From contig NW_021835988.1 of NCBI RefSeq assembly GCF_006345805.1, positions 310,001 through 374,000 on the forward strand: a stretch of DNA of 64,000 bases. Direction: 5' to 3'. This stretch comes from Octopus sinensis. Lineage: Eukaryota. The translations under genes were made by a program, and so were the position numbers. Below the pieces are notes generated by a model, which made no database searches, had not been told where the DNA came from, and worked only from the letters and a program-made list of their open reading frames with translations. Shown here piece by piece: positions 49,700-62,266 of this stretch. Position 1 is the stretch's first letter, and each line of letters begins with the position of its first letter.

Positions 49700-50080
49700 A
49701 CAAAAAATTTTGAATTCTCTGACGGAAAGGAATTTATTCGAAAAAACAATTGCTTACTCAGATTTTTTTGTATAGAAAAGGAAGAAGCAAAATCTACCTT
49801 TTTACACGAAATGAGATTGAAAATGTTATTAAAAACTGTGTTTTTTGTTGGGTATAATTCATTTTCTCTTGTGTCGTATGTATAGATTAAATGAAGCAGG
49901 AAATTGAAAGGACATTCGATTGTGTCAATATTGTTGACCCAAAATGTCGAAATCAGATTTGACACGTCAATTATGACTGAAACGAAAGTTCAATTCAATA
50001 AACCTGATATTTTCGTTTATGATAATAGGAAAAAAATTTGATTTAATCGAAATGAGAATTACCTCGAAAGATCGTTTAGA
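49700..50080 (+). mobile_element. R2-group REL fragment
   Basis: Near copy of 45780-46050 (FNKPDIFV). Confidence 0.8.
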
Positions 50081-50081
50081 G

Positions 50082-50440
50082 CAGCGTTTCTCAAATGCGG
50101 CCCCCAGGATTTTTTTGCGGCCCCTCTAGAGTAACTAACTTTTTTAATTTTTTAATAATGTTAAAATTTAATTATTTATCTTTAAGGTTAAACATATCCA
50201 TAATTGGTGATTTAATTAAGCAATTTGAAGCACGTTTTGGGTACATTTATATAAATTTAATTTTAGAATTTTAAAGAATTCCTTCCTTTAATGAAAATAT
50301 TTGCAACTCCATTCAGCGTGGAAATTAAGGATGCGCCTGCAAAATTCAACTAGAACTCATTAATTTACAACATGATAAAGAAATGGCGGCATTGTTCAAA
50401 AATGCGTCTATTATTAATTTTTACGAATTAATTCCTCAAG
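50082..50440 (+). mobile_element. hAT end and C-terminal fragment
   Basis: cagcgtttctcaaatgcggcccc end; 50313-50440 matches 19560-19690. Confidence 0.65.
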
Positions 50441-50444
50441 AAGC

Positions 50445-51106
50445 CTATCTCTGACACTCAGAGACTACGAAGTGCGATCCGTTGAAAACTTTTGGAAGGT
50501 GGAATACGTGCTGCTGTGAGGACTCTGGCGGACCAACACCGTATAATTGAGCCGTCTGAACAGTCCTATGCATCACTTGTTGAACGTCACCCAAGTCCCC
50601 CAGACGACCATCGGATTCCTCCTTGCCCAGGACAATTACCCAATCTACTTGTCTCCGAAGAAGACGTAAAAGATGGGATTCTCTCCTTTGTACCGAGCAG
50701 CAGTGGTGGACTAGATGGGCCCTGTCCGGGCCATCTCAAAGATCTTATTGGTCGCAACACGGGCAATTCTGGGGTCCGGCTCGTGCTGGCCATCACTAAA
50801 CTAATGAACAGGATGCTATCAGGGACACTGCCTGAAACAATTCGACATGTAATGTTTTCTGCCAAGCTAATCGCATTCGACAAGAAAGGAGGGGGAGTAC
50901 GCCCTATTGCTGTTGGACTGGTCTTTCGTCGTTTGGCCTCAAAGCCTGTTTGCAGAGCAATCCTGCCTACGTTGATAACACAAATACAACCAGCCCAAAT
51001 TGGGGTCGGTTCACCGGGGGGTTGTGAAGCGGCAATTGATGCTGTCCGAACATTCACTGAAAAGAACGAGGACACTCCTTTTTGTAATCTTTTTGTAATC
51101 TTTTAG
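50445..51106 (+). mobile_element. CRE RT N-terminal region
   Basis: SGGLDG...HLKDL, KKGGGVRPIAVGLVFRRLASK, QIGVG...GGCEA. Confidence 0.85.
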
Positions 51107-51384
51107 CGTGGGAGATAAAGTAAGAATTAAAAACATTAATAAATAGGTACGGGTTAAAAAGGACTTTGGAACAAATCCTTCATTGCGACTGGATAAGTTT
51201 GAGTCTCCGTATTCTTCCGCTGCAGAAATAATTAATATTTTATCGAATAATCGCGTTGAGGTAGTTTTAAATATTTTAATTTAATAGATAAAAAATTCGA
51301 AAAGAGAAATATCGACAGTACTAATGACCAGACTAAAAAAATAGTTACAGTAAAACCTTTCGAATCCGCCGAATTTTTTCAAGA

Positions 51385-51985
51385 ATAGAATAGAATAGTG
51401 TTTATTGACCGAAAAGAAAAAGAAAAAACAAGGAAGAAATCATCAACGGGGAGATAAAAACAAGGCACCGAAGTGTCTCTTTCCATGCGTATCCCCAATT
51501 TGTAGTCATAGTTGACAACGATTCTCCAAGACCATCCGGATCGTGGGCACAGAGAATTCTTGTGAGTCTTTTAACCTTCCGTCAAGTTGTACTCCGTAAG
51601 CCAATTTCATAGCGAAACGTCTTGTCTTTTCCAACTGTTCGATCAGGTAGTCACTCTCCTCCGTACCGTACCAGCCCTCGTAGCCATATGTGAGGACTGG
51701 CTGCACACACGTTTTGTATACGTAGATGTACGTTTCCGGATCCAGATGGAACCTGGTTAAGCTTTTGAGGATCCTCACACTCCTCTTTCTCTGATTTGCT
51801 ATATGCTCTACGTATGAGCCACGACAGTTGATGGTTGCTCCCAGGTAATAAAGATTTTTTGCTTTTCGAGAGATCCATCACATAACTACTCATCGCATAT
51901 GCACACGACTCCGCATAGCGACTCCCTCTCCGCAACCATGAAATGGTGCTCTTCTCCGGTGCTAGGGTCAAACCCTTCTCTATTT
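51385..51985 (-). mobile_element. L2/CR1-group LINE 3' end nested in the pogo left arm
   Basis: Near-identical to 6826-7430, with the same (CTATT)n tail. Confidence 0.88.
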
Positions 51986-52902
51986 CGTATGAGAAATTCC
52001 CGAATCCGCCAATTTCTCGAATCCGCCGCATTTTTAGAAATATATATTTTTTATTTTCTTAATTATTATTATTTTTTTTTAATTCAAAAACACTTTTACT
52101 CGAGACATTATCATTTAATTGTGTGGTTGTTCCTGTTAATTGTAATGAAACGTAATTGTACCAGATTGAAAAATTCCGAAAAACAACAAATTATTAAATT
52201 TATCGATCAAAATCCAGGGATTTCGCTTACAAGAGTGTCCGCTATCTTTTCCGAAAGATTCAGACGCGTTATTTCAAGACGATCCTTAAACGACCTTAGG
52301 AGCAGAAGGAATGTATCTGCCTTGCTTTTTTCAGAATTATCTCGGAATCCATATTTAAAGTTCAATGAAATTGATGAAGATACTATGTCATGGATTGAAA
52401 TGATGGAAACCAGAGGAGCAATTCTTAATGATTCGATTATTCTTACAAAGGCTGAAGACTTTGCGAAGAAACGTCTAATAACTGAGTTTAAAGCCAGTCG
52501 TGGATGGCTTAAAAAATTTAAAAGAAGACATGGGTTAAAATTGAAGAAACTTTATGGAGAATCTTCTACAGAGAATTTCTCAAATTCTGAAGTTAATGAT
52601 TTTCTCATTAATATAAGAGCAAAAATAAAATTATATGGTCGCGAAAATGTCTATAATGCAGATGAGACAAGATTATTTTATAAAGCTCTTCCATGTAAAA
52701 GCATTTGCAAGATCAAGAGATATGGGCATAAATTATTGAAGGATCGAATATCGATAATGTTCTGTTCAAATATGACTGGTACCGATAAACTAACACCATT
52801 CATAATTGGAAAATTCAAAAATCCTAGATGCTTTAAAAATTTTAGCTATCGAAGTTTTGTGACCTATCATAATTCAAAAAAAGCATGGATGGATTCTAAG
52901 TT

Positions 52903-53486
52903 TTTCCTTATTAAACTGGGAGATTTGGCAAGCAGAAGAAGAAATGATCATCGGGAACGGACATGGCTTTTTCAACGCATATCAATAGCCATCTTGCGTG
53001 GGAATTGCCATTCCATCTTATCCTCTGCTGCTAATTAAATACTAAATAACAGATTCAAATATGATAATTTCGTTTTTAAAAAAAATATATGTAAAAAAAA
53101 ATTTTAATAAAAAATTATAAATTTCTTTTAAGATGCCAATCTGTAGGAAAGACAGATTTTTGTTACGACGATTTATCAAATTGAAAAGCAAAAAGATATT
53201 AATAATATATTAATTAATTTCTTCAAAAAACAATTTTTTTGGGTTTTAGTGGTGCATGAATAGGCTTGAATGGCCACTTAATAGTCCAAGAAAGTTTGCC
53301 CTCAAATGCGAAAAAAGTTTTTTGATATACGAGTATTCCCCCGAGTACTGCCCCCTTATCAACGGAACATGTATAGTCCTCCCAATTAGTCGACAGTCGG
53401 TGACGAATTTGCCCATAAATATTCCCGTCTTGTACGTACATTCAAATACCAGGGAGGAACATTGGTAACACGTGACTATTTACAAA
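52903..53486 (+). mobile_element. Composite insert: CRE 3' end plus ~380 bp of unknown sequence, flanked by a 10-bp direct repeat
   Basis: ATTCTAAGTT at 52893-52902 and 53487-53496; removing the insert restores KAWMDSKLFNTF. Confidence 0.85.
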
Positions 53487-53929
53487 ATTCTAAGTTATTC
53501 AATACATTTTTGTTCGAATGGGATATCAGGTTGGCTGAAGAAAAAAACAAAATACTACTCGTAATTGACCAATGTCCATCTCACAAGATTTTTACAAATT
53601 TACAGCAAATTGAAATAATGTTTTTGCCGGCAAATGCTACGTGTTTATTACAGCCGATGGACCAAGGAGTCATTAAGACATTCAAGACGCTATTCAATAA
53701 ATTCAAATTTCTTGAAATTATTGAAAAAAATGAACTCGGAAAATCGTCATCTGAGGAATGTAAAGAAATAAACCTTAAGGATGCTTTTTTTTTAATTAGT
53801 CTATAAAAATATTCAAATTTGTCTCTCGAATCCGCCAAACTCTCGAATCCGCCGTAATTTCCCAGGTCCCAAATTTGGCGGATTCGAGAGGTTTTACTGT
53901 ACCAAAATTTTACTCTTTGTGGTTTCATT

Positions 53930-54363
53930 AATAAAATGAAATTAACTGCCCATAGGTATCGCGTGGCCCATGTGACAAAATAATCGCATATGTGGGAGAA
54001 GCATGAAGTCGAGTAACAACAACAACAATTGTCAATTGTTGGATGAAAATAAACGAACAGAGAACATGTTTTCCTGAAACTAATTCAAAAAAAGAATCTG
54101 AATTAATTGATAAGCATGTTTTAGCTTTAATGGATCTTGAAATAAACGGAATTGAGGATAATGATACTTTGTATAATGGAAATGATGAAATTGAAGGGTC
54201 CGACTTAAAAGATTCAATGAGAATAATCAATGATCTTGAAACTTCCTTATTCAACACTTGCCCTGAAGGACTCAAAGAATACTATGAATTCAAGATAAAA
54301 ATGTCGAAGATTCTAAGAAATAAATATAATACTGGATTCAAAATAACTGATTATTTTTCATAG
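53930..54363 (+). mobile_element. pogo transposase C-terminal fragment
   Basis: Ends KITDYFS, like KITDYFRVIE in the 21145 element. Confidence 0.6.
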
Positions 54364-54471
54364 AATAAATTAATTCCTCTTTTTTAATACGAAAAAACAT
54401 ATTTTATTATTAAAAATACAAATATTTGCGTTTGAAATATAAAAATTATATATACCTCTATCTTAGGGGCA

Positions 54472-55088
54472 ATGGGAGAAATCAATTAAAATGTTTCAGT
54501 CATTATTAATAATGTTTATTTAAAAATACATGATTCTTCAAACCAATAATTAATTATAGAAATTAAAGGATCAAGGAACCAATAAACATAGAAATAATGA
54601 AAAAAACCATAAATAACAAGTAAAAACTATTCATCGCAGAAAAATATAAAATAAATATTTTTTAGATATAGAAAATGTATAAAAATGGGAGAAATCAATT
54701 AAAATGCTTCAGTCATTATTAATAATGTTTATAGAATGATTAAAAATACATGATTCTTCAAACCAATAATTAATTATAAAATTAAAGGATCAAGGAACCA
54801 ATAAACATAGAAATAATGAAAAAAACCATAAATAACAAGTAAAAACTATTCATCGCAGAAAAATATAAAATAAATATTTTTTAGATATAGAAAATGTATA
54901 AAAATGGGAGAAATCAATTAAAATGCTTCAGTCATTATTAATAATGTTTATAGAATGATTAAAAATACATGATTCTTCAAACCAATAATTAATTATAAAA
55001 TTAAAGGATCAAGGAACCAATAAACATAGAAATAATGAAAAAAACCATAAATAACAAGTAAAAACAATTCATCACAGAAAAATATAAA
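54472..55088. repeat. Tandem repeat of ~219 bp, about 2.9 copies
   Basis: atgggagaaatcaattaaaatg at 54472, 54685 and 54904. Confidence 0.95.
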
Positions 55089-55989
55089 TACATCAACCAC
55101 AAAAAGTAATGACAAACTACACGTCATATAATACGTTATTTTAGGAATTAAATAAAATCTTGAAATTTTAAAAAAAATAAAATTATAATTTTAGTTATTT
55201 GCATTCAAATTACACTGTTTCAAATTATTTGTCATTGTCTCCTCATTATAATAAACTTTGAAAAAAAATCAGATAGATAGTGTGCTTCTATACTAAAAAC
55301 ATCAATTCTCATTCTGATTCACGAGGTTACTTGATTATCTTTTAGCAGTTGTACGAGGACAATGTTGCCAGATAAGCTATTTAAATTAAACGTGTTTATT
55401 TTATTTTTTGATTATTGATTTTTTTTCGAATTGGCTCTAAAATTTTTATTTACCAAAAATGGCCAAATTGCAAGGGTTCACTGTATCGATATTTTTCATC
55501 CCTATCAAAAAATCTATTTTTGTGTATAAAGAATCAACATTGATCCCAGACTTTATGAAGTTTATCTCTAATCCAGAATTTAAATATGAGGTACAGAAAA
55601 GTCTGCGAGCTAACTTGAGTTATCAAACATGCTCCAATTATTCTCATACGATATTTGACCGCACTATACAATGCAAACTAGAGACTTGGGTACGTACCGG
55701 ACTCTTGGAAAAAGTATGACGTATGATTCCAAAGCCTAGAAAAATTAAGGACCATGAAGAGAACTATCGGTCAATAAGCCTAATATGCTCCGTCTTTAAA
55801 ATTATAAAACGGATTGTCTTCACAAGGCTTTCGAACTTCGTAGAGGAATCAGGTACACTTGCAGCGGAGCAGTGGGGATTCCGACGAAAAAGATCCTACG
55901 GGAATTGTTCTATATGGCTACATACAAGTCCTCATCTATATGGCTTGGAAATGGAAATAACTCACCGCGCAATGAAGGATTGGCATGTT

Positions 55990-56834
55990 TTCTTCAGGAT
56001 CTGAATATTTTCTTTTTCAGCGAAGAACTGGTCTCAAGGTGCCCTCATTGTAAAGCGGCGAAGAAAACAGTGGATCATCTGGCCACTAGATGTGAACGTA
56101 TGCTGTATCTTGACTACACGAGACGTCATAATGAAGGTGTACGCTGTTTACATCTCCATTTTTGTCGTCTTTATGGATTGAAGAATCAGAAAAGGTTGAA
56201 GACACATTCAGTGCAGGAGGTTATATCGAATGAAAGAGTTGAGGTACGGGTGGACACTCGAATCGAGACTGATTCTACCGTTCGTTATAACAAACCTGAT
56301 TTATTGGTATATGATAAAAAAGAGAACGTAATTTGGATTGTGGAAGTGGGAGTTACTTCTCAAGATAATTTACAGCGAGTAGAACTTGAAAAGTTAAGAA
56401 AATATGATTTGCTCGCTAATGAATTATCCCTGATTCACAAGGCCAAAGTGAATATAATTCCTGTTGTCCTTGCATGGGATGGCATTGTGTCTAAATATTT
56501 TAAAAAATATTTGGACTCGATCAGAGTGAGGGAACATCTGATTGCTTATATGCAATCAATCGCGCTTAAGCGTACGATGGAGAGCACTGTGCTGGACTTT
56601 CGGAGTGGTCTTTCGCAAATGGATTATGAAGCCCGGGTTGAGGAGGTACTCTCAATATACGAGGAAGCTAACGGGATCGGTGACCAAGAGATCGCGGTGC
56701 GTCGACTCGTCGAGGATGCCTACCATGTTCCTTTTCTGGATGGTTCGAAACGAGTTAAAATTGACGAAAGTGTGAACCCTGGGATGATAGATCGGGAAGA
56801 TAGTGGAGCTCGTAGAGTGGACTCCGAAGGCTGA
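55990..56834 (+). mobile_element. R2-group (R4/NeSL-like) non-LTR 3' region: CCHC knuckle plus REL
   Basis: CPHC...DHLATRC...RRHN, YNKPDLLV...IVEVG...KYDLLA. An unrelated RT scrap (YRSISLI) lies at 55720-55900. Confidence 0.88.
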
Positions 56835-56962
56835 AAGGTCTTTTAAGTAATTATTTGTTAACATTTGTTTTGTTTCAATCGTGTCTATACATCAATATTA
56901 ACAATTAGTTAAATATTTTAGAGAAATATTCTACTTTTTAATTTATAAAAAAGCGTGGAACT

Positions 56963-57640
56963 ATGCGTATTGTGAAGCTCAGCAAAGAAATTCTTGAAAA
57001 AATCAAAAAAATCAGAGAAAACCAAGAAGAAAACACAATAGACGACAGTCCCAACAGAAAACAACGATTAAGACTAAAGCAGCTTGCGAAAAACATATGC
57101 TTTGAAAATGGAAATGTATTCTTTATTAAGAATTCAACCAAATTGTGATTTTTCGCAGAGGATGACATGACATTGAGTTGAAGCGTAAATGTATTGAGGT
57201 ATTGGATTAATTAACATAAGTCGAAATCTGCGGTAGAAATACCTAACCTATTCCAAAATATTTTTTATTACATCGGACCACCAATCATCCTCCAAACAGA
57301 CAATGAGAAAGAATTCTGTAATTCGTTAATTGACGAAGTCTGTGAAAAATATTCGATCAAGCATGTGCGTGGTAGGGCACGAGCGCCCTGGATACAAGGG
57401 CAAGTAGAGAGGTTGCCTGATGGTTTTAATTTTTTAAGGTTCAACCAAAGCATAAAACGTTGGATATCTTCACCAAGTGCCTCTCGTGGATATTTTGGGC
57501 GATATTGTACCATAATCAAAGACATTGTTTATGATTACAATAACACAATACACTCCACAACCGGAAAAGACCTGTTCTACTTGTTTATGGGTGCTCAAAA
57601 TCCAATAACGGAGTCGAAAATTGAACAATTATTATCGGGA
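56963..57640 (+). mobile_element. Ginger-like integrase fragments with a 27-nt intron (57412-57438)
   Basis: LQTDNEKEF, RGRARAPWIQGQVER|FNQSIK, YNNTIHSTT. Confidence 0.75.
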
Positions 57641-57689
57641 GATGTCGACAGTGAAATTGTAAATTTCACGTTGAATTTTAAAAAATTTA

Positions 57690-58395
57690 ATCTTTTTCAT
57701 GTTAATTGCGTCACCCATATTTTGCATAATTGTTCAATGGAGCTCAGAAAATCTTATCCAGAAGTTGATGATGTGATAGCTAGCGTGCAAGCTTCTGTCA
57801 GGAAGAACCACAAGCGAAAATTGTTGTTTTACGAAATTGGAATTCCTCCGAAAGTTGTGTTGACGAGATGGGGGCACCTGGTTAAAGGCTGCATCTTTTT
57901 ATTCAAGAAATTTAATCTCAGTGATTAACATTTTTGATTTGATTGAGGACGAAGGAATACTAATGACTGCCACCAAAAATGCATTGAAAATTGAAAAACT
58001 AGTAAAAAGCTTATGTGCAATTTCGCATAACTATTCACATATTCCAGGTTTTTCATATAGTAATTAATCTCATAGAGAAAATATTACAACTTGAAAGTAA
58101 CGAATGTACAATAGAATTTGCATATTCGACGTTAAGTACACTTGACTTCGGAAAGGATGAAGCAGGGATCAAAAAATATTTAGAGAAGAGAATTTTAGAG
58201 AGCGATATGACTAAAATTATTAATATGGATAATAAAAATAATTCTCCAGAAGATTATTCGTTACTTCAAAACTGTCAACCATCCTCGGCATCTATCGAAC
58301 GATGCTTTTCGCAATTTAGGAGTTTTATGAGGTCAAACAGAAACTTTGCTACACAAAATTTGGAAAATTATGTTATGTCCATTTTTAATAAATAG
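57690..58395 (+). mobile_element. hAT (CGGBP-like) transposase C-terminal part with a 28-nt intron (58048-58075)
   Basis: HVNCVTHILHN, LTRWG, spliced YSHIP|EKILQLES, SASIERCFS. Confidence 0.75.
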
Positions 58396-59059
58396 TCTTT
58401 AAAGTATTTTATTGTTTCTTATTTATACTTTACAGGTTTAATCTGAGAATAAATAAAGTTAAATTTTTTTAATTTTAAGGTTAAAAATTTTGGTTTATAG
58501 GTTAATAAAGTTAACTTTTTAAGGTTAAATTTTTCAATTTTTAAGGTATGAACTGGTTAAATTCGTATGTTTTTTTGAAGGCAAAGAATTAATATTAAAT
58601 GGTATTCACTGTAGATAAATAAATCTTTTAAGGCCTATCAAATATAAATATGAGAAATGTTTTGCTAGCAATTAAAGATGCTTGGATGAATGTTACTAAA
58701 GAAACTTACATATACAAGACATGAGTACAACCGATTCTCACTTACGAGTTTGAGGGCTGGTATGACACAGGTGAGAGGGTTTGTCTAATCAACAAACTCG
58801 AGAAAACGAGGCGCTACGCAATTAAGTTGCCTACGGTCTCGATCTCAACCTAGGTCGCGGGGGTAGTTTGCGACATATATACAATGCTCAGATATCGAGT
58901 TGTTATTTTTGCCCAAAAATACAACAAAATGGGAATAAATAATTGAGATTTTTGAAAATTATTATTACTAGTTGAGTTGTTGTGCGTTCAAAATGATGAA
59001 AATGAATTTAAGAAAGGGCCAGCCACCAATTAAAATCTTAATAAACATGAAAATACGAA

Positions 59060-59460
59060 AAAATAGGGTTTTGGAAAATATCCAAAAAGTATTAAATCGT
59101 TAGCATTAAAAAGATTAAATTATTGTCAAAATAAAACCAATTATATTACAGAATATCGAATACTATAAGGAATTCTGTAAGTCAACAATATATTTAATCG
59201 ATTTTAATACATACATTAACCATTAATATACAAGAATAAAAAGTGATAAATAAAAGTGATAAAGCACAACAACAAACAAATAAAATTATTAAGAGAACAA
59301 AATTTGTTGAATCCACAACAAAAGCATTGTAAGTTGCAACGTGGTTATCTAATTACATTAGGTTTACCAGATATTTTATTATGATATAATCAAAGTTAAT
59401 TAAATATATAAATAATAAGTTTGGGAAATTTGTAAAAGTGTCGAACCCTTATTTGAATTC
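59060..59460. repeat. Strand-biased AT-rich repeat related to 29190-29400
   Basis: Inverted match described under 29190-29400. Confidence 0.65.
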
Positions 59461-59929
59461 TTTCAATTTTTATCTGAACGTGTTAGTTAATGGTTAAGAC
59501 GGTGATTTCGTTTGGCTTAAATAATAATAATCTCATAAAAATTAACAATCCGTTTTTAAAAAATATTTTTAAAAAATAAGAAAAGAACAAGCATTGAGGT
59601 GACCAAAAAGGAGACAGAAGCAGAAAATTCTTACGTCAGCTTTAGTACTAAGGGAATCACGGAAAACGATTGATTATCTACAGAACTGGAGGGCGAGTGA
59701 CTGCGATCAGTAGACTCATCGATAACCATGCACGTGAGCTTTTTCGTAAAAGCGGGGACAGATTTTCATCAAGACCTATGACCATCTGGCTATTTCGACG
59801 AATTTTATTTAAGATTTTTTGAAGAAATTATAAGTCAATTTTTTTGCCGGCATCTTTATCTTGGAATTAATATGAACTAGATTTTTTTATAATTTCAACA
59901 ATAAAAAAATTTCCAAGATTGTACCAATT

Positions 59930-60250
59930 CTCGTGTCCAGTTTCCGGGAACCCAACTTGTTGTCTGGGATGGATTTTATTACCTGGAAGTCTGTCGAGAA
60001 ATTACTAAATGTTACCTTATCTGGAGACAAACTTACTCGTGCAATGTTGCCTCTACGATTTGGTGGTATTGAAATCTGCTCGTGTATTGACATCTTTCTT
60101 CCTTGGTACCTATCTTCGCTCTTGGCATTGAGAAATTTTGTCAATTCTGTTTTTTTCCCTTTCCTGAACATTTCGAACTGAGTGAATTTACTCCTGCCAT
60201 CGAAATTTGAACCGCATCTAGTCTTGCCATCCCCTAGCTGGATCATTTTC
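59930..60250 (+). mobile_element. CRE RT C-terminal fragment
   Basis: LPLRFGGIEI...LPWYLSS. Confidence 0.6.
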
Positions 60251-60532
60251 AAAATATTTGGATTCTATTCTGTGTAAAGAAATCGTGAAATCCCTGAAAA
60301 CAAGCACCGATTAAATTGAATTCGTCTCAAAGAACACAACCAAGCAACCTCCATTAATTTTATCTAAAATAATTACTTCTAAGAAATTAAATATTAATAT
60401 ACTAGAAAATATAAAAATACTAATCACAAATTAATTTAATTTTAAAAGAGATAAACGTTTAAAAAGCAACAAACATAGTCTTACGTAACACACTTTATTA
60501 ACAAAAAACCCGAGATAAAATAGTTAACTAAA

Positions 60533-60870
60533 CTAATCCGACGACCCGTCCGCATCTGAAGTCTGGAGACCAGCCTCTTCTGCTTCTGGTCGAAGGAATA
60601 GCTCTGTGAGAGCATTTTCCAGCCGACAATTCTGCCCATGTGGCATTAGGGGGCTGGATCTGCGTGCATTAACAGATGCACTCTCTAGAGTTCTCTTCAG
60701 GACAGTGGACTGCGTATAGACCTGAATGTACCTATCGACTCCCAACTGCCTGAGATAACCTTTGTGGTACTTAGATACAATTCCTTCCCATGTCATCACG
60801 CAAGGAATGACAAGGACCTTGCATCTGTGCATCAACCCAAGCTCGTTTGCAAGAAGGTCATATTATATAT
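60533..60870 (-). mobile_element. R2-group REL 3' end
   Basis: YDLLANELG...VIPCVMTWEGIV. Confidence 0.8.
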
Positions 60871-61009
60871 TCTATAAGAAGGTCTATATATTTATAAACG
60901 AGATTAAATATTATGAATTTAGCTATGGTAAGGAATATGAATGTAATCATATTGGATTTATATTCATAATTGCCCAAGAATAATCAAATATTGGTAATAA
61001 TTTAATCAC

Positions 61010-61620
61010 CAGCACCGCCGCGCTTGCCTTCTGTCGGCAGCATCCACGGCTAGTGGAGCTTGGCTTTGTGCATTCCCGAACGCCCCATCTGGCACTCTGC
61101 TTGACGATGAAACGGTAAGGATCGGAGTCTCTCTGCGACTCGGACTAAGGCAATGTGTCCCGCACACGTGCCGCTGTGGCTGCACTGTTGACCCTTTCGG
61201 TCTGCACCCTTTATCGTGCAGGAGGAGTGCCGGACGTTTCCCGAGGCACTCTGCTATGAATGACATCATTCGGAGGGGCCTCGACTCGGCGGGATTTCCT
61301 TCGGTTCTCGAACCACCGGGCCTTGATCGCGGCGACGGGAAACGTCCTGACGGGATGACCTTTTTTCCCTTTGAAGGCGGAAAAGGCCTCGTCTGGGACG
61401 CAACCTGCTGCGACACCTTTTCTGCTTCTCACTTAACTTCGTGTGCTCTGGAGGCCAAATCTGCAGCTAAGAAGGCTGAATATTTAAAGCTTTTAAAATA
61501 TTCTGCCCTCTCGGAGAAGTTTTCCGTTGTGCCGATCGCGGCGGAGACGTCGGGTGCTCTCGGTCCAAAAACAGAAAAGTTTCTTCGCAAGCTCGGAGCC
61601 AAAATCTCAATGCGCAGGTA
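61010..61620 (+). mobile_element. CRE endonuclease region
   Basis: [25 protein letters not shown]. Confidence 0.85.
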
Positions 61621-61669
61621 GACTTGTTGAATGATTAATTTTTGAATTTTAAAAATCATTGTTTTATTT

Positions 61670-62266
61670 GATTTATAGTTTACTAGTACTCACAAATGCC
61701 GGTGTGGGGCCATCGTCGATTGTTATGGACACCATGCTCTCTCTTGTCGAAGAAGTGCAGGACGATTTCCAAGACACAAGGCGATCAACGAAATTGTCAA
61801 GCGAGCCCTGGAGTCTGCAGGATACCCGGCCGTACTTGAACCGGTCGGGCTTGACCGAGGAGATGGGAAACGTCCTGATGGGATCACAATTTTCCCATTT
61901 GAAGAGGGGAAACCCCTAGTCTAGGACGCAACCTGTGTGGACACTCTCTGCCCGTCCAACATTGCCGGGAGCGCAGTGGACAGACTGTATGCCGCAAAAA
62001 AAACGATGAGGGCGAAGGAAAGAAATTATGAAGCGCTGCGAGATCGATTCGTGTTCTGTCCGATTGTGGTCGAGACAACTGGAGGAATAAGTGGGAAATC
62101 GCTTCGCTTCCTAAAGAAGCTTGGACGCTTAGCCACATTAAAAAGCCACGACACACGTGAGACCCGGTGGCTTCTCCAGTTGATCTCCGTTGCTATCGTG
62201 AGAGGCAACGCAACGTCAATTATGTTGGCGGGGTTCACTTCGGACCGGTTAAATTTTCTTAATTAA
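61670..62266 (+). mobile_element. Second tandem CRE endonuclease region
   Basis: CRCG...HALSC, DGKRPDG, QLISVAIVRGN. Confidence 0.85.

Larger units (their letters stand above)
51348..53899 (+). mobile_element. pogo/Tigger element with nested insertions
   Basis: TA|CAGTAAAACC(T/C)TCGAATCCGCC TIRs; CENP-B-type HTH and NADETRLF in 52146-52900; continuation FEWD...DQCPSH...QPMDQG after 53487. Confidence 0.9.

Noticed and set aside
45248-50080. Segmental duplication of repeat plus REL block (45248-46050 versus 48138-50080)
   Set aside because: The second REL copy extends further 5', so the junctions are not shared; independent family copies suffice.
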